Shown: positions 28,700 to 37,078 of the stretch, piece by piece
Position numbering within the stretch: the stretch's first letter is position 1
Layout of the letters: each line of letters starts with the position of its first letter
Assembly: GCA_002709565.1 (NCBI GenBank)
Contig: PAPY01000026.1
Location: 1,222-65,221 of the forward strand
Reading direction: 5' to 3'
Length of the DNA stretch: 64,000 nt
Source of the DNA: Legionellales bacterium
Lineage (GTDB): Bacteria; Pseudomonadota; Gammaproteobacteria; UBA1113
Made by a program: the position numbers and the translations under genes
Notes under the pieces: generated by a model
The model's input: only the letters and a program-made list of their open reading frames with translations
Told to the model about the DNA's origin: nothing
Databases searched by the model: none

Positions 28700-29923
28700 T
28701 TACAAAAAGTTCTTACCATGCGCCAATGGTTTAATCCCCAAATGACTCGCAATACTCTGACCAATGTCAGCAAAACTGTCCCGTCCACCAATGCAACTGG
28801 GGGTAATACCGGGGCCGAATGCCAATACCGGAATATGTTCACGGGTGTGATCACTGCCGGGCCATGTGGGGTCGCAACCATGATCGGCGGTGATAATGAC
28901 AATATCACCGGGTTGTAATTGAGCTTCGAGCTCCGGCAAACGTTGGTCTAGTGTCTCTAAACCATTGGCGTAACCGATAACATCGCGACGATGGCCGTAC
29001 AACATATCAAAGTCGACAAAGTTGGTGAATAGTAAACTTTTGTCGCCCGCCTGTTGCAGTGCATCCAGTGTTGCAGTGAACAAATCATCGTTACCGTAAG
29101 CTTTGATGGTTTGGCTAATGCCGCGGTGGGCAAAGATATCTGCGGTCTTGCCAATGGCGATGACCTCGCCGTCTTGCTCAATAAGTTCATCAAACAGTGT
29201 CGGTGCTGGCGGAGGGGTTGAATAATCACGACGGTTATTGCTGCGGGTAAATTGTCCCGTCTCACCCACAAAAGGCCGCGCAATGACACGACCAATGTGA
29301 TACTCATCAACTAATTGACGGGCGATGTTACACAGCTCATATAAGCGCTCTAAGCCGAAGCTGTCTTCATGGGCCGCGATTTGCAGCACACTGTCAGCGG
29401 AGGTGTAGACAATAGGTTTGCCCGATTGAATGTGTTCTTCACCCAGTTCTTCGATGATAACTGTCCCAGAGGCGTGCTTATTGCCTAAGATACCGGGTAA
29501 TTGCGCTTCACGTATTAAGGCTTCAACCAATGCGTCAGGGAAGCACGGTTCTTTATCAGGAAAATACCCCCAATCGAACAACACCGGCACACCGGCAATT
29601 TCCCAATGGCCACTGGGGGTGTCTTTGCCGTGGCTTTGCTCGATAGCATAGCCATAACGCCCACTGATTTCGCCAGCATATTGCAAAAATGGCAATGACT
29701 TGCCACGACTCAAATCACCAGCAGCAATCAGACCAAGACGGGATAAATTTGGAATGTGCAACGGCCCTCGTCGTAGGCCTGATTTATTGGCGCGCCCACT
29801 GGCACACCATTCGGCGATATGACCAAAGGTATCAGCACCTTGGTCTTGGGGACTGGCATCAGCACTACTGCCTAAACCAAAGGAATCAAATAACAATACT
29901 ATGGCGCGTTTTATCATGCTCAC
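28700..29923 (-). CDS. deoB: phosphopentomutase
   Basis: N-terminus [16 protein letters not shown], then [24 protein letters not shown]; 407 aa. Typical DeoB of the alkaline-phosphatase superfamily. Confidence 0.95.
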   Translation of the reverse strand: MSMIKRAIVLLFDSFGLGSSADASPQDQGADTFGHIAEWCASGRANKSGLRRGPLHIPNLSRLGLIAAGDLSRGKSLPFLQYAGEISGRYGYAIEQSHGKDTPSGHWEIAGVPVLFDWGYFPDKEPCFPDALVEALIREAQLPGILGNKHASGTVIIEELGEEHIQSGKPIVYTSADSVLQIAAHEDSFGLERLYELCNIARQLVDEYHIGRVIARPFVGETGQFTRSNNRRDYSTPPPAPTLFDELIEQDGEVIAIGKTADIFAHRGISQTIKAYGNDDLFTATLDALQQAGDKSLLFTNFVDFDMLYGHRRDVIGYANGLETLDQRLPELEAQLQPGDIVIITADHGCDPTWPGSDHTREHIPVLAFGPGITPSCIGGRDSFADIGQSIASHLGIKPLAHGKNFL

Positions 29924-29940
29924 TCACTTATTGATCAGGG

Positions 29941-30645
29941 CTATCCATCAACCGTTTGTAATAATGAAATCACTTCATCGTTAGTACGCATGAATCCTTT
30001 CGGGAAAGTCGTCAACAAATTGTAATTATTGACATCGGTGTAATTTAAATAGGTTTTATAGTTGTGAATAAGGACTTTTTTGTTATTTTGCACAGAGCGC
30101 ACTTGCGCATAAATGGCTTTACGATAAAAACATGGCGCTGGCACCGAAATATGTTGCCAAGCACGAGCCGTGCCGAGTTTATGATCGGTCTTGGGGCGAC
30201 CGCCGTAGAAGGTAACCGTTTCAGCTGAGTTATTCATAATATTGGCACGACACATCATGGTGGTACGGCTTTTGGGGGCTTGGCTGAAGTCTATGGGGAA
30301 TTCGGCAAACACAAATTGATTGTTATTGTTGTAGTTAGTCCGTGAAGTATAGACATACTCTTTGAGTTTAGTCTTGCCAGTGATGCCTTTAGCGTATTGC
30401 CAAGTCAGCGCAATAATCGGCTGATTGAGGATACAATGTTGATTGTCATTCAGCCACTGTCTTGCGGTCGTCGTGCCGAGGTAATTTTGCGGAGCGACAC
30501 TGCCGCGGTAAAAGCTCACGGTCTGAGAGGTGGTCACGGCGTAGCGGCTAACGCAAACGCGGCTGGCAAAGGCGCTCGATGACATTATACAACTGCACAA
30601 CAGTATTGCGATAAAACGAAACAGCCAATCCCTTGTTAATGCCAT
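29941..30645 (-). CDS. secreted hypothetical protein with internal tandem duplication
   Basis: Start chosen at MALTRDWLFRFIAILLCSCIMSSSAFA (ATG 30645, right after the MFS stop). The two halves share TVSFYRGS...LGTTTARQW / TVTFYGGR...LGTARAWQH and EFPIDF / TFPKGF. Confidence 0.65.
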   Translation of the reverse strand: MALTRDWLFRFIAILLCSCIMSSSAFASRVCVSRYAVTTSQTVSFYRGSVAPQNYLGTTTARQWLNDNQHCILNQPIIALTWQYAKGITGKTKLKEYVYTSRTNYNNNNQFVFAEFPIDFSQAPKSRTTMMCRANIMNNSAETVTFYGGRPKTDHKLGTARAWQHISVPAPCFYRKAIYAQVRSVQNNKKVLIHNYKTYLNYTDVNNYNLLTTFPKGFMRTNDEVISLLQTVDG

Positions 30646-30646
30646 C

Positions 30647-31957
30647 TTAGTTATCCTTATGTTTACGGCAATAGGTTTCCCGCAGACCGAGTGCTGCGAC
30701 GAACGCAATGGCAAATGCCACTGGCATCAGCAACATTGCACTGTGATAATTGGTCATTGAATAAATCGCCACGCCATCGACGGTCAGTTGATTCCAGCCA
30801 ATACTCATTAACCAACCAAAGAAGGGCAGTAATACCACACCGCCACCACCGATAGTGGTGAACGAAATCACACTGACCGAGGCTGCGGTCAATGCGGAGG
30901 GATTGCTCTCAGCAATGGTGGGGTAAGAAATCACTTGAGTACTGGTAATCAAACCTAACAAGCCAAACAATGCCATCAACACACTCAAGGAGACATCGGG
31001 GATATAAATAATCACCGAGACTAAGATAATAGAGACAATGGCACCGGCTAACATGAGGGGTTTACGTTTTTCCATACGGTCAGATAACCAACCCGCCAAT
31101 GGTGCGCCAATAATCGTGCCCAAGAAAATCATATCGGTAATATAGGAGGCCTGGGTTTTGGACAGGTGATGCACTTGTTCAGCATACAGGGTGCCCCAGA
31201 CTGCGCCTAAGATCATCACCGGCAAATTCATCAAACAGGTATAAATGGCCCCTAACCAGTTTTGGCTATTGAGGTAAGCTGTTTTCATGGAATGCCAAAA
31301 ACCTTCTACGCTGAGGTATTCATTGTCTTGGGCGAGCTTGTCGCGCATATGAGGTGGGCAGTCTTGCACAAACAAATACACCAAGCCCAATATCACCGCA
31401 CCTAATGCGGCATCGATCATTAACGCATGACGCCAACCCACAGCAATGGTTAATAGGGTCATGGGGGTCTGAGCTACCATACCACCGATCATCGCCATGG
31501 TGATGATGAGACCGGTGACTAAGGCCATGCGTTTAGCCGGGAACCAACGCGAAGCCAAGCGTACGCAACCGACAAAACAAAACGCACTACCAATCCCGGT
31601 TAAGAAGCGACAAATAGTGGCTAAGGGCAGTGAACTTGCCAGGGAGAATGCCAATGTCCCCACCACACAAATTGACAAGGCGGTCAAAAAGATTTTGCGA
31701 GTGGAGAAGCGGTCGAGTAATAACCCCGCCGGCAGCAGAAATATCACATTCGATAAAAAATACACGGAGGTCAAAAAGTCCAACTCGGTGCCATTGATCT
31801 GAAACGCCGCCATTAATTCTTGATTGATGGAGTTGAACATATTCATTTGGATAAATTCATAAAAGAAAAACAAGGCAGCGATGAAGCAAACAAACCAGGG
31901 ACGTAAGCCTAAGTTAGGTCGGCTATCTTCGGTAAAATGGGCATCAATGGCGGTCAT
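30647..31957 (-). CDS. MFS transporter (Pht-like), copy B
   Basis: 12-TM profile. FFFYEFIQMNMFNS is shared with the upstream paralogue. Start at MTAIDAHF (ATG 31957), preceded by AAGGAAAA. Confidence 0.88.
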   Translation of the reverse strand: MTAIDAHFTEDSRPNLGLRPWFVCFIAALFFFYEFIQMNMFNSINQELMAAFQINGTELDFLTSVYFLSNVIFLLPAGLLLDRFSTRKIFLTALSICVVGTLAFSLASSLPLATICRFLTGIGSAFCFVGCVRLASRWFPAKRMALVTGLIITMAMIGGMVAQTPMTLLTIAVGWRHALMIDAALGAVILGLVYLFVQDCPPHMRDKLAQDNEYLSVEGFWHSMKTAYLNSQNWLGAIYTCLMNLPVMILGAVWGTLYAEQVHHLSKTQASYITDMIFLGTIIGAPLAGWLSDRMEKRKPLMLAGAIVSIILVSVIIYIPDVSLSVLMALFGLLGLITSTQVISYPTIAESNPSALTAASVSVISFTTIGGGGVVLLPFFGWLMSIGWNQLTVDGVAIYSMTNYHSAMLLMPVAFAIAFVAALGLRETYCRKHKDN

Positions 31958-33287
31958 GGTTTTCCTTGAGTTCAACAGGTTGACAATAGGTTTCATGAGT
32001 TAACAGGGCAGCGATAAGACCAATGCCTAAGGTTAACAGAAACACGAATAAGGCTTTATGATACGCAGCAGCGGAATACAAAGGCGTGCCGTTCACTATG
32101 GTGTGATCCCAGAACTTATCGAGCAAACTACCAAAGATGGGATCAAACAGCGCCGGGCCACCCATGACTATCATGGCGGTAATACTGCTGGCGGTACCGG
32201 TAATAATGGGAGCATTGCTCTCTGCCACCGTTGGATAACCGATGACTTGAGCTGCGGTGAAAAAGCCTAACACCAAGAACAAGACAAATAATATCTGGAA
32301 ATTCAATTGCGGCACATAAAGAATGGCGCAGAAGCTTGCGATTGATAACAAAGCACCAGCCACCATGGGCATGCGCCGTCGTTCCATACGGTCGGACAAC
32401 GCACCGAACAACGGTGAGCCAAAAATCGTGCCGATGAACAAGGTTGATGAAACTGTGGTTGCCTGGGCGGCGGTTAAGTGATGCGCTTGTTGTAAATACA
32501 AGCTGCCCCATAAGCCACCTAACACCATCAACGGCAAATTCAATACACTGGTAAAAATACCGCAAAGCCAGTTTTGGCGATTCATAATGGCAAGTTTGAT
32601 TTTATGCCAAATGCTGACGCTGTGATCCGCAAGGTGGGCGCTGGTTTCGGTGGCTGTTGCGCCTTTGGGGTGGTCTTTGACGACGGCCCAAATGGCGATC
32701 CAAATTATCACCCCCAAAATCCCATCGATCAAAATCGCATTACGCCAGCCCAAGGTATCAGTTAACCATACTAATGGGGTATGGGCCATGACGCCCCCCA
32801 CCATGGCAATGGTAATAATCAAGCTCAACACCAGGGCCATTTGTTTGGGGTTAAACCACCGGGAGGCGATGATGATACAACTCAGGAAGCAAAATGCATT
32901 GGTGGTGCCCGCTAATAGGCGGAAGAATAAGGCTAGGGAAAATGTCGGTGCCAGGGCAAAACCGATGGCGCAGGCAACCGTCAGGCCCATGGCCCACAGG
33001 ATCACTTTACGGGCCGAGAGTTGATCCAGTAATAATCCAGCAGGGAACAAACACACGGTATTGGCGATGAAGAATACCGAGCCCAATAGGCTGATTTTGC
33101 CCGCGGTAATGCCAAAACCCCGCATCAAGTCGGTGCTGATGGCATCAAGCATATTCATTTGGATAAATTCATAGAAGAAAAACAGGCCCGCGGTCAGGCA
33201 AACCACCCACGCCAAAACGGTGGATTTGCGGGGTTTGGCGGTCTCTAGCGCCAATGTTGGGTTATCTACGGTCATAAATGCCCTCAA
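31944..33287 (-). CDS. MFS transporter (Pht-like), copy A
   Basis: 12-TM profile. LFFFYEFIQMNMLDAIS, ASRWF, QNWL and LSDRMERR are conserved with copy B. This is a tandem paralogue. Confidence 0.88.
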   Translation of the reverse strand: MRAFMTVDNPTLALETAKPRKSTVLAWVVCLTAGLFFFYEFIQMNMLDAISTDLMRGFGITAGKISLLGSVFFIANTVCLFPAGLLLDQLSARKVILWAMGLTVACAIGFALAPTFSLALFFRLLAGTTNAFCFLSCIIIASRWFNPKQMALVLSLIITIAMVGGVMAHTPLVWLTDTLGWRNAILIDGILGVIIWIAIWAVVKDHPKGATATETSAHLADHSVSIWHKIKLAIMNRQNWLCGIFTSVLNLPLMVLGGLWGSLYLQQAHHLTAAQATTVSSTLFIGTIFGSPLFGALSDRMERRRMPMVAGALLSIASFCAILYVPQLNFQILFVLFLVLGFFTAAQVIGYPTVAESNAPIITGTASSITAMIVMGGPALFDPIFGSLLDKFWDHTIVNGTPLYSAAAYHKALFVFLLTLGIGLIAALLTHETYCQPVELKENHDRH

Positions 33288-33335
33288 ACCAGCTAAGCGG
33301 AGGCATTTTAATCAAAAATTGCGCAGATGTAAAGG

Positions 33336-33382
33336 GTGAGCGGACATTTCTATTTAGCAGCAACAGCGTGAGCGGACATTTC
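33336..33382. promoter_or_regulatory. two perfect 15-bp direct repeats upstream of the MFS pair
   Basis: gtgagcggacatttc occurs at 33336-33350 and 33368-33382 (32-bp period), 50-95 bp upstream of the MFS copy A start. Confidence 0.45.
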
Positions 33383-33430
33383 AATTGCAGTTGATTCAAA
33401 TAACTGCAGTTGTCGGTTAAAAGTACAATA

Positions 33431-34249
33431 CTAAGCAGTTCCCATGATTACAGTCCGTTGTTGCTCTGCAGCAGCCGACTTGTTTGGGTCGATAGCAGTG
33501 CCAGAAACAACGTGACTGTCAAATTCACCTGCTAACTTTAAGCCATACTCATAATCCGCACGAATTTGTGCTTGTTCAGCGGCAGGTAATTTGCTCATTC
33601 GTTCTTGTTCAGCTTTGAGGTTCGCTTCTAATTCGTCCGGTGTCCAGGCTCTTGCAATAGCCTGGTCAAGCTGGCGTTGTTGCTCAATCGTCGTTTGTTG
33701 TTTGGCTTTGCTAAAAAGCTTTTGGTTCACTTGAGATTCGTCACGGGTAAAAGCAGTGACCGGTAAGTCTTTACGGGCAATGGTTTGGAAGGCTTGGGCA
33801 AACGCATTATACAAACAATTACCGTCACCGCGGGTAGAGCCATCGACAAACCAGTGAGTATTGTTGCTGTTATAGAGATGTACTGTCGGCGCATTGCTAT
33901 CGGCTGCACGGTACAAACAAATAGGAGACTGATGTTCACCGTTACGGATAGGGGTTACAACGACATTACAACCAGTCAGTTCACCCAGGGCTGTGGCTTC
34001 AATATAAGTTCCCCAGGCGCGATTGCGACGTTGTTTGGTCAAGAAGTGTTGGTAACCTGCGCTATCAACATTGAGGTATTCCCCACGAAAGCCTCGAGCA
34101 ACGGGGCCATTACCTTCGGCTAAATGCTTAATGGCCGCCGCCCGCAATGTTGGGGCAAATAATTCTTGGGCTTTGAATTGGTATACGCGCGCTAATTCGC
34201 AGGGATCAATATCGGTGGTCTTCTTGAGGTTGTTAGTGAATTTGCTCAT
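33431..34249 (-). CDS. OTU-like cysteine protease (candidate deubiquitinase effector)
   Basis: GDGNCLYNAFAQAF is the OTU Cys-loop motif. AWGTYIEATALGELTGCNVVV and VHLYNSNNTHWF resemble the OTU variable-loop and His-loop motifs, but they lie upstream of the Cys loop. Confidence 0.6.
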   Translation of the reverse strand: MSKFTNNLKKTTDIDPCELARVYQFKAQELFAPTLRAAAIKHLAEGNGPVARGFRGEYLNVDSAGYQHFLTKQRRNRAWGTYIEATALGELTGCNVVVTPIRNGEHQSPICLYRAADSNAPTVHLYNSNNTHWFVDGSTRGDGNCLYNAFAQAFQTIARKDLPVTAFTRDESQVNQKLFSKAKQQTTIEQQRQLDQAIARAWTPDELEANLKAEQERMSKLPAAEQAQIRADYEYGLKLAGEFDSHVVSGTAIDPNKSAAAEQQRTVIMGTA

Positions 34250-34397
34250 GTATCACGTTCCTCTCTAGCAATCGCTATGGTTATCATTATTTAATGGGTG
34301 GATTCTATTGTCATCAGCTTAAGCCAATATTAACGGAAATGCCAGTTTTTGGTGGGTTTTTAGACAGAAAAAGTTGCTTGTTTGTCGTGTTTTTCTC

Positions 34398-34763
34398 TTA
34401 CTGTGCTCGGTCTTCATGCAAAAAGTCTTTAATATCAATGAGATGAGAAAAATACTCTTGTTCCCGTACAGACTCAGTAATACCGTTCATATGGAGTAGC
34501 ACAGGCCGAACAGTAAAATTCTTTGGTACTTTGAGGCGTTCACAGCGTTGTGTCATCTCTTGGATGATGTCGGGGCCTAAGGGATGCTTGACGGATTTGA
34601 TTTCACAGACATACAGGGTATTGAACTTCGTCTGGACTAAATAATCAATTTGACAGCCTGGTGTTGTATTGGTTTTGCGTTGGAAATAGGGGTTGGCCAT
34701 CACAATTTCACTCGGATTAATGGCGAGCTCACGATGAAGTCGGTCACGATTATTTAATACCAA
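34398..34763 (-). pseudogene. remnant: C-terminal nuclease-fold domain of an AAA-type ATPase (DUF234-like), N-terminus missing
   Basis: QIDYLVQTKFNTLYVCEIKSVKHPL resembles the (E/Q)xD...ExK core found at the C-terminus of COG1672-type ATPases. Only 121 codons remain, there is no P-loop region, and the ORF is cut off next to a repeat array. Confidence 0.4.
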
Positions 34764-34817
34764 ATTCTCATAAAACCAACAGTTTTCATGAGAAATGCCC
34801 TAAAAATACTCTAAAAA

Positions 34818-34937
34818 CGATTTTGTGAAGTAATTATAGCTCCTTAAACTTCACAAAATCAATAAAACACGATTTGGTGAAGTGAATCCGCCTCTGTTTT
34901 TACTTCACAAAATCAATAAAACACGATTTGGTGAAGT
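34818..34937. repeat. array of 13-bp inverted-repeat arms, including two identical 36-bp palindromic units
   Basis: acttcacaaaatc-aataaaacac-gatttggtgaagt occurs at 34848-34883 and again at 34902-34937. A further perfect complementary arm, gattttgtgaagt, lies at 34819-34831. Confidence 0.85.
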
Positions 34938-35066
34938 AAACTAACTCTCGAAAACGTCACTAACGCGCAAAAATAGCCATGTTTTCCGTCAACACCTCCT
35001 TAATTGTATGATTTCAATATGTTTTTATGTATTATTTACGGGTGCGTTAAATGAAGGAAGCCACCC

Positions 35067-37007
35067 ATGCCCAATGCTGTCAATTTTCGGCTGATGAGCC
35101 GTGATGCCCCAGAAATTGTCGTTGATAGGGTTGATGCAAGTCCTGAAAAACTAGGGAGGGGGTATCGATACCATATTACATTGCGAACCCCCGGTGGGCT
35201 TGATGATGACTTGATGGGTGTGCCTGGGTTGTTAACCTTAGCACTCGACGGTCGATGTTGGCATTACCATGGTTTTATCACGGAGCTGTGTGAGACCGGG
35301 GAGCGTTACCGTTGTGTGATGGTGGATCCGTTACAGTATCAACTGCGCCACGTGCGCAATGGCAGTTACCACACCGGTTCGGTCACAGAAGTGCTGCAGC
35401 AACTACTGCAACAGCAATCACTGCCAGCTGCTATCGAAAAGTTTGCGCAAGTCTATCTTCGCAAAGCATTTTGGTGTCAGTATCAAACAAGTGATTATGA
35501 TTATTGGCAATGGTTGTGTTGCCAATATGGAGTAGTCTGGGGCTATCAACAAGATGAAAACCAATGGCGCATCGTGGTGACAGATGATGTCAATGCACTT
35601 GTTGGGCGTGAACTGACACTACATTATAGTCAACAACAGGGCTTAGCGACGGAGGGTATGACAATATATGCTGTGCAGTATCGGCAACAATTATTGCCTG
35701 ACATAGTTGTTCTCAACGATATTAATTATCGTAAACCGCGGTTGGATTTAATGTTGACGGGTACAAACGCAACGTCAGTGCCAGGTTGTGGCACTGTTAG
35801 CGATTTTGGCGCAAATTATCAAACCATTGCTGAGGGACAATTATTATTGCGAGCACGGCTAGTGGCGTTGGATTGTGAACGAGAATATTTTACTGGTATC
35901 ACTCATGGTCCGGTGTCGCTTGGGGATATTACTAACATCGAGGGGCATCCTGATGCGCATTTTAACCAAACATTGCGTGTCATAGGCCAGCGTTGGTGTG
36001 TAACACAACAACATAGTCGTAATGCGATTGCAGTACAATTCCGTAATGAATTACAGTGTATTCCTGCACAACGTGAGTATTGCGTAGCGCCTTTCAAATC
36101 GCCACAGCCAGACTTTGCCATAGCGACTATTGTCGGCGAGTCACAAGACTATCCGTCAGTAGACAACCAAGGACGCTATCGTGTGCGTTATGATTTTTTG
36201 CCGAAGGACTCGCCACCGAGTCATCCAGTGCGGTTAAATCAACCGTTAGCGGGGAATGAGGCAGGCATGCATTTTCCACTGCGGGCAGGAACGAAAGTTA
36301 TTGTCGCAGGGATCAATGGCCAGCTGTCGCGACCGGTAGTCATGGGAGTTGTCAATGACAGTGCTTATGACAACCCGGTTACTGCGAATAATGCAGAACA
36401 ACATATCCTGCGTAGTGCAAAGGGCCAGCAATGTGTGTTGCAAGACGGGGTGGCACCTGAAGTGCGTTTGAATAATAAAGATAATACAGTCATGCTCGCC
36501 ATTAATCCTCGGGCGATTGTGTTTAGTAATCAACACGGTCGTCAGGTATTTAGTGCTGCGTTGAATCACCTGGTTCGTAGTTTGGATAATTATTCTTGTT
36601 ATGCTGCGGGCAATTATCAACAACAGGTTGGGGAGTTTACGTTACAAACGGGACAAGCTGCACTGGTTATCAATGCCAGAGAGTCTATTGTTTTTGAGAG
36701 TAATGGCGATGGGATATTTACTGCGCCTTCTATCAACGTCGTGGCAGGGAATAGTTTAGCCATCAGTATAGGTAATGGTTGTGTGCTCAACAGCATGGAT
36801 AATTTTACGATGACATTCGGCAATGGGGCTTGCGATATTCATGTCTGTGATGCTGCCACCATCATTGCTGAGGAGAGGCTGAGCCTACAGCAGGGTGGGG
36901 GGAGTCTTATTTGCCAAGCAGATAAACTCCACCTCAAAGCCCCCTGTATCCGCTTGCAGGCTAAGGCTATCGTGGTCGCCAATGGCTGCTCCCAATTGGG
37001 CGCTTGA
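35067..37007 (+). CDS. vgrG: VgrG-like spike protein (gp27/gp5 fold), orphan
   Basis: N-terminal YRYHITLRT...HGFITEL...YRCVMVDPLQYQLRH...SVTEVLQQLL follows the VgrG/gp27 pattern. YRVRYDFL...HPVRLNQPLAGNEAGMHFPLRAGTKVIVAGINGQLSRPVVMGVVND matches the gp5 OB-fold signature. Confidence 0.75.
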   Translation: MPNAVNFRLMSRDAPEIVVDRVDASPEKLGRGYRYHITLRTPGGLDDDLMGVPGLLTLALDGRCWHYHGFITELCETGERYRCVMVDPLQYQLRHVRNGSYHTGSVTEVLQQLLQQQSLPAAIEKFAQVYLRKAFWCQYQTSDYDYWQWLCCQYGVVWGYQQDENQWRIVVTDDVNALVGRELTLHYSQQQGLATEGMTIYAVQYRQQLLPDIVVLNDINYRKPRLDLMLTGTNATSVPGCGTVSDFGANYQTIAEGQLLLRARLVALDCEREYFTGITHGPVSLGDITNIEGHPDAHFNQTLRVIGQRWCVTQQHSRNAIAVQFRNELQCIPAQREYCVAPFKSPQPDFAIATIVGESQDYPSVDNQGRYRVRYDFLPKDSPPSHPVRLNQPLAGNEAGMHFPLRAGTKVIVAGINGQLSRPVVMGVVNDSAYDNPVTANNAEQHILRSAKGQQCVLQDGVAPEVRLNNKDNTVMLAINPRAIVFSNQHGRQVFSAALNHLVRSLDNYSCYAAGNYQQQVGEFTLQTGQAALVINARESIVFESNGDGIFTAPSINVVAGNSLAISIGNGCVLNSMDNFTMTFGNGACDIHVCDAATIIAEERLSLQQGGGSLICQADKLHLKAPCIRLQAKAIVVANGCSQLGA

Positions 37008-37030
37008 GGGGTTTTGGGGTCGTTTATATT

Positions 37031-37078
37031 TTTGATCATTCGTCATTGATCAAATTTGATCATTGAGCTATGATCAAA
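37031..37078. promoter_or_regulatory. 48-bp dyad-symmetric element with four TGATCA motifs
   Basis: TGATCA starts at 37033, 37047, 37057 and 37071 (spacing 14-10-14). The centre tgatcaaatttgatca is a perfect palindrome. The last motif overlaps the ATG of the ATPase gene. Confidence 0.6.

Noticed and set aside
34848-34937. The 36-bp repeat pair considered as a mini-CRISPR array
   Set aside because: There are only two units with an 18-bp spacer, the repeat is itself an extended palindrome with an AT-rich core, and there are no cas genes or leader. It is better explained as protein-binding or recombination sites.
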